IMG/VR virus record: IMGVR_UViG_3300008952_002242 | Location: 62,001 to 126,000 of that record | Origin: an uncultured virus (IMG/VR IMGVR_UViG_3300008952_002242) | Lineage: Duplodnaviria > Heunggongvirae > Uroviricota > Caudoviricetes | Reading direction: 5' to 3' (one strand) | DNA length: 64,000 nt | Made by a program: the position numbers and the translations under genes | The notes under the pieces: model-generated | The model's database searches: none | Told to the model about the DNA's origin: nothing | Seen by the model: the letters and a program-made list of their open reading frames with translations, nothing else | Part shown: in pieces, positions 57,783 to 64,000 of the stretch | How positions within the stretch are numbered: position 1 is the first letter of the stretch | Layout of the letters: every line of letters begins with the position of its first letter

Positions 57783-60044
57783 TTACTCTGGAAATTCTGC
57801 ACCAGTTGGTTGTACAACGAAATCCAGCACAATAAACTCAGCAGTTTTTGTTGGTTGTAAGAATATCTGCCCAATCAACATATTTCTATCAATAGTATCT
57901 GGTGTATTATTTGTATCGTCCATAATAACTCTGAAAGCATTTAATCCACTATTTGCCTGTACTTGTTCCATATACGGATTAACAACATTCAAAAATTGAT
58001 TCCTTAAATCTGTTGTATTTTGTTCAAATACCAATGATTTTGAAGATCTAGCAACAAATTTCTTAACATCAATCAATAATCTACGAACATTTACTCGATC
58101 CAAAGCACTTGCTTTCTTCTGTGTTGTCTTTTGTCCAAAAGCCGTAACACCTTGTCCTGGAAATGTAGCAATCGGATTCATATTTGAGTCATACAAGTCA
58201 TCTCGTTGACTTTGACTTAATTTCTTATATGCCTGAACTGCACTATCAATACCACCTCTATTCAATCCAGCAGGAGCGAACCAAGGTTGTCCAATCACAT
58301 CATTAAAATGATAAACACCAGCCATAACAACTGAAGGCGGAACATATCGATAAACACCTAAAGATGCATCTTGAATCTGTACCCAAGGAAAGTATGTAGC
58401 AGCGTAACTTGAATTACGAGCCTCTGTATTTGTTTTAGCAGTAGCTACAGTAGATGTTTTTGAAGTGTTGTCATAAACTAAGAAACAATCACCTCTATCT
58501 TCACAAAGTTGAATAGCATCACCTATAATTCCATTATGATGAGCACCCAATTGATCGATTATTCCAGGTAAAAATAATAAATTAAAATCATACTGATCTT
58601 TATTTTTCAATAAACTAATAGCAGCACCATATCCACCACCAACAGAAGCACCAGATGGTTTAACAGCTGAATCAACCATCTTCACACCTTGTACATTAGT
58701 ATTAGTTATATTATCATAAAATTTAAATGGATGTTCTATAGAATCTCCAAAATCACCAGCAGTTTGTTTAGTACCACCTTTTACATCACCAAAAGCACCA
58801 TCATAACTTCCACTTCCCAATGCCGGAAGAAAACTACTTGGATTATCTGAATATTCTTGTGTTATATTTCCAGCATTATCTAAATAATTTGGTGTTTTTA
58901 CATTAAGAGCTTTAACTCTAACATACTTAGATTTATTTGGAAATTCAGAATCAGCCTCATCTCTAAGATAAACCACACCATCTTCAGCATAAAGTTCTTC
59001 TTTATAATTACCAATTCTTTTTAAAATGTAATCTGGACTTTCATTATCAAGTGACAAATTAGTATATGTTTCAATTACTTGTTTAGAATTGTGAGAATCA
59101 TTACCTGCACGAATTAATAATGTAAATGTACCTTTATTTGTATTTCTTTGAGATATTTCCCAACGATAATTAGTAGCTCTTCCACCAAAACTTCCGGAAG
59201 TCCAATGATCGTTTGTAGCAGCAGAACTCGTCAATTGTGTTAAAATATTATTTGTAGCACCAATAGAACCAGTATTATTAAATGCAGGACCATCACCCAA
59301 AGCCTCTAAGGTGAAGAATGAAGTATCAGTTCCAGCAACACCAGTTACACCAGCAGTTGCAGTTCCAATCGTTGTGTTATGTGTACCAGTACCTGCTATT
59401 ACTATATCATTACCAGTAGTAGCAGCATCAGCTTCTACTGTAATTACACCACCATCATTAGTTGCAGTCATATCACTTATACTATTTACTAATCCAGTTA
59501 TATGTTCAGCAATAGATTCAGCGAAATTCTCATCAAGAAAATTATCAACATAAACATCAGCTTCATTACCGGTAAATGTTAACTCATTTGTTCCCGCACC
59601 ATCTATAAATTTTATTCCTTGTGCTGTAGCGCCACCAACTTTAAATGTAACTGTGGAAGTGGTAACAGGATGAGTAGCACTAAAGGTAATAGTATTTGAC
59701 GATTTTACTGCAGTAACACCACCCGTTACGGCCCCACCAACAACAGCAGTTGCTCTATTTGTATTTGGTTTACTTACCCTAACTATTGTACAGGGTCCAC
59801 CCTGTTTTAAATATTCTTTAGCAGTATGTGATGTTAAATACTGATAAGAATCAGACCCACTTATTATAGCCTCTCCAAAAGTCTGAACATATTCCGAATA
59901 TGAACTAACTACGGTAGGTGTTAATACCGGCCCCTTTACAGTTGGACCAACAATAGCCGCCCCAATAGGACCAAGCGCTGCGGGTAAAAAACTCTGGTCT
60001 ATCTCATTAGTATAAACACCAGGACTTACAATTTTTTCAGCCAT
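57783..60044 (-). CDS. Tail sheath protein (gp18-like)
   Basis: SPGVYTNEID, WFAPAG, GQKT, RVNVRRL and AEFIVLDF. Confidence 0.96.
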   Translation of the reverse strand: MAEKIVSPGVYTNEIDQSFLPAALGPIGAAIVGPTVKGPVLTPTVVSSYSEYVQTFGEAIISGSDSYQYLTSHTAKEYLKQGGPCTIVRVSKPNTNRATAVVGGAVTGGVTAVKSSNTITFSATHPVTTSTVTFKVGGATAQGIKFIDGAGTNELTFTGNEADVYVDNFLDENFAESIAEHITGLVNSISDMTATNDGGVITVEADAATTGNDIVIAGTGTHNTTIGTATAGVTGVAGTDTSFFTLEALGDGPAFNNTGSIGATNNILTQLTSSAATNDHWTSGSFGGRATNYRWEISQRNTNKGTFTLLIRAGNDSHNSKQVIETYTNLSLDNESPDYILKRIGNYKEELYAEDGVVYLRDEADSEFPNKSKYVRVKALNVKTPNYLDNAGNITQEYSDNPSSFLPALGSGSYDGAFGDVKGGTKQTAGDFGDSIEHPFKFYDNITNTNVQGVKMVDSAVKPSGASVGGGYGAAISLLKNKDQYDFNLLFLPGIIDQLGAHHNGIIGDAIQLCEDRGDCFLVYDNTSKTSTVATAKTNTEARNSSYAATYFPWVQIQDASLGVYRYVPPSVVMAGVYHFNDVIGQPWFAPAGLNRGGIDSAVQAYKKLSQSQRDDLYDSNMNPIATFPGQGVTAFGQKTTQKKASALDRVNVRRLLIDVKKFVARSSKSLVFEQNTTDLRNQFLNVVNPYMEQVQANSGLNAFRVIMDDTNNTPDTIDRNMLIGQIFLQPTKTAEFIVLDFVVQPTGAEFPE

Positions 60045-60123
60045 TTATTATCTCCAAAGGTGATTTTGTACATTTTAATTCATATATAAATATAAATCTA
60101 AAATTGAAAGACAATCTATGTGT

Positions 60124-60399
60124 TTATTTTTTTGCTTCTTCTGGCGAATCAACTGGAGTAAATGTACCAGTTGAAGGATCTAATTGACCAGGACCATACT
60201 TTTCAGTAATATCATTAAGTACCGTCTGTTCACTTTCACGAACTTTAGCCAATTCATCCATCAAATCCTGTTCTTGTTTTTCAATATTAAGTTGTGTTAT
60301 TTTCATTTGTCCAAAAAGATTTGTTATCCTTAAATATTCTTGTTGTAAAGATTGAACTTTTTCTAAATCTTCTTGTTTAAATTTTACTTCTTTTGCCAT
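60124..60399 (-). CDS. Hypothetical coiled-coil protein
   Basis: 91-aa ORF ending KYGPGQLDPSTGTFTP. Confidence 0.65.
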   Translation of the reverse strand: MAKEVKFKQEDLEKVQSLQQEYLRITNLFGQMKITQLNIEKQEQDLMDELAKVRESEQTVLNDITEKYGPGQLDPSTGTFTPVDSPEEAKK

Positions 60400-60436
60400 T
60401 TTATAACCTCATGTTTAGTTGTATATACATATATAA

Positions 60437-61279
60437 TTATAATATTTTTTCCGAAAACGATACTTTTTTTGATGAATATTTTCTCACCATTTCTGATGTT
60501 TTACCAAATACATTATCAGTAAACTCTGGTATCATATATCCTTTAATTTCGATACTTAATTCATTTCTTATCATTCTTTCACCAGCATCTTCCATTTGTT
60601 CTTCATTCGATATATCGCCTGATAATGCTGATAAAAACCTATAGCTTGTTGGATCACCCCAATATGTTTCTAAATGTTCAATCCATATTGTATTTAAATC
60701 ATTCATTTGTTCCATATAAGATGTCATCATTACTATATTATAAGTACATAATACAAAATCTGGCATACCTGTTTTTACAAATTCTTCAACTGGATTCTGA
60801 CCAGTCAATACTGAAAATCTATCATAACGGTTATTTTTACTCCAACCATTACTTGCCCTAACAACACTTATAAATTTACCTTTCACATCCATATCAAACG
60901 ATAAAGGCATATCAGGATTCATAGTAAGTGAAGTCCTTTTAACCACCATCACAGGTAACATTACTGCACCATTTCTATCTCTAAGAGAAGTATTGTTTCT
61001 TATAGATTTCCACCTTTCTTCATTTCCCCATAATACAGGAACTTTAACTCTCTCGTTAGCCTCTATAACAGTAGGTTTCATTATATTTCTTATATGACTT
61101 AATACAGCTGTATCAATATCCTTTAATCCTATTGCAAAACCCTTACCTGCATCTTTTCCGCCTGGTTTTTTAATAACAACTTTAGCATTACCTTTATCAC
61201 TACGAATACTCGTTTGTTCGGCTCGATTAATTGTCGATTCGTTTACTGTATTTGTATTAGTTACGGGTTTAATTGCCAT
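60437..61279 (-). CDS. Tail terminator / sheath stabiliser (gp15-like)
   Basis: Position between neck and sheath; KVPVLWGNEERW…LPVM…MEQMN. Confidence 0.65.
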   Translation of the reverse strand: MAIKPVTNTNTVNESTINRAEQTSIRSDKGNAKVVIKKPGGKDAGKGFAIGLKDIDTAVLSHIRNIMKPTVIEANERVKVPVLWGNEERWKSIRNNTSLRDRNGAVMLPVMVVKRTSLTMNPDMPLSFDMDVKGKFISVVRASNGWSKNNRYDRFSVLTGQNPVEEFVKTGMPDFVLCTYNIVMMTSYMEQMNDLNTIWIEHLETYWGDPTSYRFLSALSGDISNEEQMEDAGERMIRNELSIEIKGYMIPEFTDNVFGKTSEMVRKYSSKKVSFSEKIL

Positions 61280-61712
61280 TTCTTAACTTTCTCAATTTAT
61301 CTAACTTATTATCAATTGTATTATCAAACTCTTCAGATTCCAATGCATCAGTAGAAACTTTATTTATAGCTATCTGTTTTTTTACATCCACATCAACTAC
61401 TTCTAACTCACCATTACTCTCTATAGAATTATTTGATTCATCATAAATATTTTTTGTTTTTAATAGATCAAGTATTTCATCCATCTTACCGTCCATTTTA
61501 CTGGCACTATCATCGATTGGTGGTGTACCAACCTTTTGATTTAATTGATGTGGTTGTAATGAACCTTGACCAAGAACAATCTCCCCAGTTTCTTCATTAA
61601 CCCATAATTCTTTTTCTATTTTTTCAATTGCCATTTTCACTAATGGATGTTCGTAATCATCCCTTACAAGACTTTTCGGTTCTTGCTTACCATCTTTTCC
61701 TAACTGATACAT
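61269..61712 (-). CDS. Hypothetical protein
   Basis: 147-aa ORF in the structural operon. Confidence 0.6.
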   Translation of the reverse strand: MYQLGKDGKQEPKSLVRDDYEHPLVKMAIEKIEKELWVNEETGEIVLGQGSLQPHQLNQKVGTPPIDDSASKMDGKMDEILDLLKTKNIYDESNNSIESNGELEVVDVDVKKQIAINKVSTDALESEEFDNTIDNKLDKLRKLRNGN

Positions 61713-61721
61713 ATACCATTC

Positions 61722-62198
61722 TTATTTTGTTCGTTGTTCAATTTGTAAATTTGACATCCTACTACGATGAGCAGTTGCTTTTATCGTATGATTAAAATTT
61801 GGATGTCCTCCAATTAATTGTGGTTCAGTCACTCCATTCAATTCCCAATAAGTATCATTCCAATCACATATATCACCAGCTTCAGGATAAAAATTCAAAC
61901 TACCACTCGCTAAATTATTTCTCTGTAACATCAAATCAATCGATGAATTCACATCTGGCCCCACTTCATTAAATTGACCAACTTCTGGTGGATTAAATCT
62001 AATCAAACAATTAACTCTAAAACCAACATTATAATACTTTATAGTGGATTCTCCATAAATATTTTCATCAGTATGTTCAACATTTACTTTATATATATCA
62101 ACACTTTGTCCAACCATTTCATCAATCAACTCTTCATTTAAATGATCGATTAAATTTATTTCTTTTTGTGTTATAAAAAATGGTCTTGTTAAAGCCAT
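61722..62198 (-). CDS. Head closure / neck protein (gp14-like)
   Basis: NIYGES…PEAGD…YWEL; follows the gp13-like gene. Confidence 0.65.
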   Translation of the reverse strand: MALTRPFFITQKEINLIDHLNEELIDEMVGQSVDIYKVNVEHTDENIYGESTIKYYNVGFRVNCLIRFNPPEVGQFNEVGPDVNSSIDLMLQRNNLASGSLNFYPEAGDICDWNDTYWELNGVTEPQLIGGHPNFNHTIKATAHRSRMSNLQIEQRTK

Positions 62199-62202
62199 CT
62201 GT

Positions 62203-63384
62203 TTATCCTATATAAATTGGTAATGGTACTTTTGCCAATACTTCTTGTTGAGCATTTGCTTCTTCTGCCTCATTTCTAAATTTCTCAGTTAAAGATACAG
62301 ATTCTAAAAATTCTTTTATTTCTTCTAACAATTGTGTTTTTTCTTCACGACCTTCTGCTTTCAACCCCTCACCATCAAGAGTAACTTCAGCATCTGGTAT
62401 AGGCATAGCACTATACTTACTTCGTATAATACCCAATAATTCTTTTGCTAGAGCAGCAGTAAACTTCCTAATCCATTGACGACCTGGCGCATTTATTTCA
62501 TTATAAGTTATAAATTTATACGGAACATTTGAAGGATCTGATACCCCACCTTGCATTCCTCCACTTGAACGGTTTGTATTCTTTATATCATCTTTAACAT
62601 AATATTCAAACCATAGTTTATTTCCTGTATCACCTGATTGTGGTCTTGGAAAAATTCTTAAGTTATTATTATGTAATTCAAAACTATAAGCACTTTTTCT
62701 AATCAAATCCGATGTTTCTATTTGATTTGCTCTAACTATATCTTGCGATATTGGTCTTAAAATAAATGATATTGCAGGCGATACATTTCCAAAACCAAAG
62801 GAATCTAACATAGTTCTTTGATCAAAAGATCCAGCATATGGATCATAAAATCTAGTTATAGCAGCAGGTCTATCATTAAATACTCTTTGTACTTCTATTC
62901 GTTTATAACTTTCACTCACATCAGCCCAAACTTCTTGTAAATCATAATCTTGAACCGAACCACTTAAAGTAATATATCCTCTTTTCAATTCCACATTACC
63001 ACCAACATTAGCCAATGTTCCATATTTTTCTGATAATTGTACTGATGGACCAGTTGAAGGTGTTACAGGATTAGCAGAACCAGTACTCATAGAACCAGAT
63101 ATTCTATTTTTCTCTCCATATTGATTCCACATCCAATTTCTAATATTGTAATTATTAATATGTTGAGAATATTCACTTATTGATTCTTCAAAACAAGCAT
63201 AAATTGAACTTGATGGAATTTCTAATTGTAAAACAGGATATCCCAATCTACGAGCAACCCATTTAGTTACCGATACAATATCTGAACGAAAAGTTATGTC
63301 AGCATCATATGTACCATATGGTGTTTGATTAGATCCATCTTCATAAGTAGTAGGATCAGTATAAGCATAATCTAATTTTGGCAT
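62203..63384 (-). CDS. Neck / head-tail adaptor protein (gp13-like)
   Basis: RRLGYPVLQLE, WIRKFTAALAKELLGIIRSKY, VTLDG and IYIG. Confidence 0.8.
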   Translation of the reverse strand: MPKLDYAYTDPTTYEDGSNQTPYGTYDADITFRSDIVSVTKWVARRLGYPVLQLEIPSSSIYACFEESISEYSQHINNYNIRNWMWNQYGEKNRISGSMSTGSANPVTPSTGPSVQLSEKYGTLANVGGNVELKRGYITLSGSVQDYDLQEVWADVSESYKRIEVQRVFNDRPAAITRFYDPYAGSFDQRTMLDSFGFGNVSPAISFILRPISQDIVRANQIETSDLIRKSAYSFELHNNNLRIFPRPQSGDTGNKLWFEYYVKDDIKNTNRSSGGMQGGVSDPSNVPYKFITYNEINAPGRQWIRKFTAALAKELLGIIRSKYSAMPIPDAEVTLDGEGLKAEGREEKTQLLEEIKEFLESVSLTEKFRNEAEEANAQQEVLAKVPLPIYIG

Positions 63385-63420
63385 TTACATTTTCTCCTAC
63401 CTATAAATATTAAGATAATA

Positions 63421-63457
63421 AAAACAAAAAAGGGGAAACCTAAGCTTCCCCTTTTTC
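63421..63457 (-). terminator. Rho-independent terminator after the major capsid gene
   Basis: Minus strand AGGGGAA-gcttaggt-TTCCCCT followed by TTTTTGTTTT. Confidence 0.8.
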
Positions 63458-63483
63458 AGGTTATTTAGAGTTTAAACTCTAGA

Positions 63484-64000
63484 TTAAAGCGTATCTAAAC
63501 CAGAACACTTAATCAAAGCATAAAACTCAGGACGAATCATCTTCTTAGCATAACGCGTCATCACACCTTTACGTGGAGTAAAATCGGAAGGATCATACAC
63601 CAACGGAGTTGTGATAAGCGGTACATAAGGACTGTAGACAGCACCTGTTTCTAAGAAATTACTTCCACGGAATCCAACCAAGATTTGGTTTTCAGTCATG
63701 TAAGGGTTCTTATAAACTGTGAATCTTCCAGCGGCTTGACCGACTTTAGAAATACCCATTGAAAACTGCTTAGCAGCGGCATCACCATCACCAGGTTGCG
63801 ACATATATCCAGGAAGTGATTCAAGGATTGTGGCAACTTTAGGTGAAACAACAACAAAGTTAGCACCACCACGAAGTGTCAAACGATGAATTTCGTTTGA
63901 TACTTTTTGGATTTTAGCAACAAGTGTTTGATACCATTCGAAGCGAGTACCATAAAAAGTACCATCTACGAAACCTTCAGTTGCAGCATCATAGTCCTGT
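63484..64000 (-). CDS. Major capsid protein (gp23-like), C-terminal part; starts beyond the window
   Basis: RGGANFVVVSP, VYKNPY, GAVYSPYVPL and FTPRKGVMTRYA. Confidence 0.95.
   Translation of the reverse strand, partial: QDYDAATEGFVDGTFYGTRFEWYQTLVAKIQKVSNEIHRLTLRGGANFVVVSPKVATILESLPGYMSQPGDGDAAAKQFSMGISKVGQAAGRFTVYKNPYMTENQILVGFRGSNFLETGAVYSPYVPLITTPLVYDPSDFTPRKGVMTRYAKKMIRPEFYALIKCSGLDTL

Noticed and set aside
64..60861. Plus-strand ORFs and nested alternative-frame minus ORFs in the track
   Set aside because: They are shadows of well-supported minus-strand genes, with biased composition and no recognisable motifs
1..64000. Genome-wide stop codon reassignment (TGA or TAG recoding) as the explanation for the in-frame TGA
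   Set aside because: Long conserved genes are intact under code 11, and TGA (nrdJ, def, clpP) and TAG (polB) terminate them at the expected ends, so the redoxin TGA is site-specific
1..64000. tRNA genes (including tRNA-Sec), rRNA and CRISPR arrays
   Set aside because: Intergenic gaps are short, and I saw no cloverleaf with T-loop consensus and no repeat-spacer periodicity; tRNAscan was not run

Overview
An AT-rich segment of a large T4-like myophage, with essentially all genes on the minus strand. In transcription order (high to low coordinates) it has four blocks. (1) Virion module: end of the major capsid protein, neck, tail terminator, sheath, tube, tail chaperone, tape measure and baseplate. 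(2) T4-type replisome and nucleotide block: SSB, RecA/UvsX, 5'-3' exonuclease, helicase, class II RNR, PolB, clamp and clamp loader, plus a PolA-like protein. (3) A ~16 kb glycan island with a pseudaminic-acid-type pathway, a CMAH-like protein, glycosyltransferases and methyltransferases. (4) An accessory region with peptide deformylase, IMPDH, a porin, Hsp20, a nuclease and a histone H1-like protein. The main hidden feature is that two listed ORFs (37376..37609 and 36452..37090) form one 385-codon gene broken only by an in-frame TGA in a thioredoxin-type W-U-P-S-C motif, with a SECIS-like hairpin right after it. This is a candidate phage-encoded secreted selenoprotein (redoxin + TSP3 + dockerin + T9SS sorting domain) coupled to nrdJ. 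Also notable are a probable +1/-2 frameshift in the tail chaperone and a recurrent ATATTTAT upstream motif. All family assignments come from recognising motifs by eye; no database searches were run.
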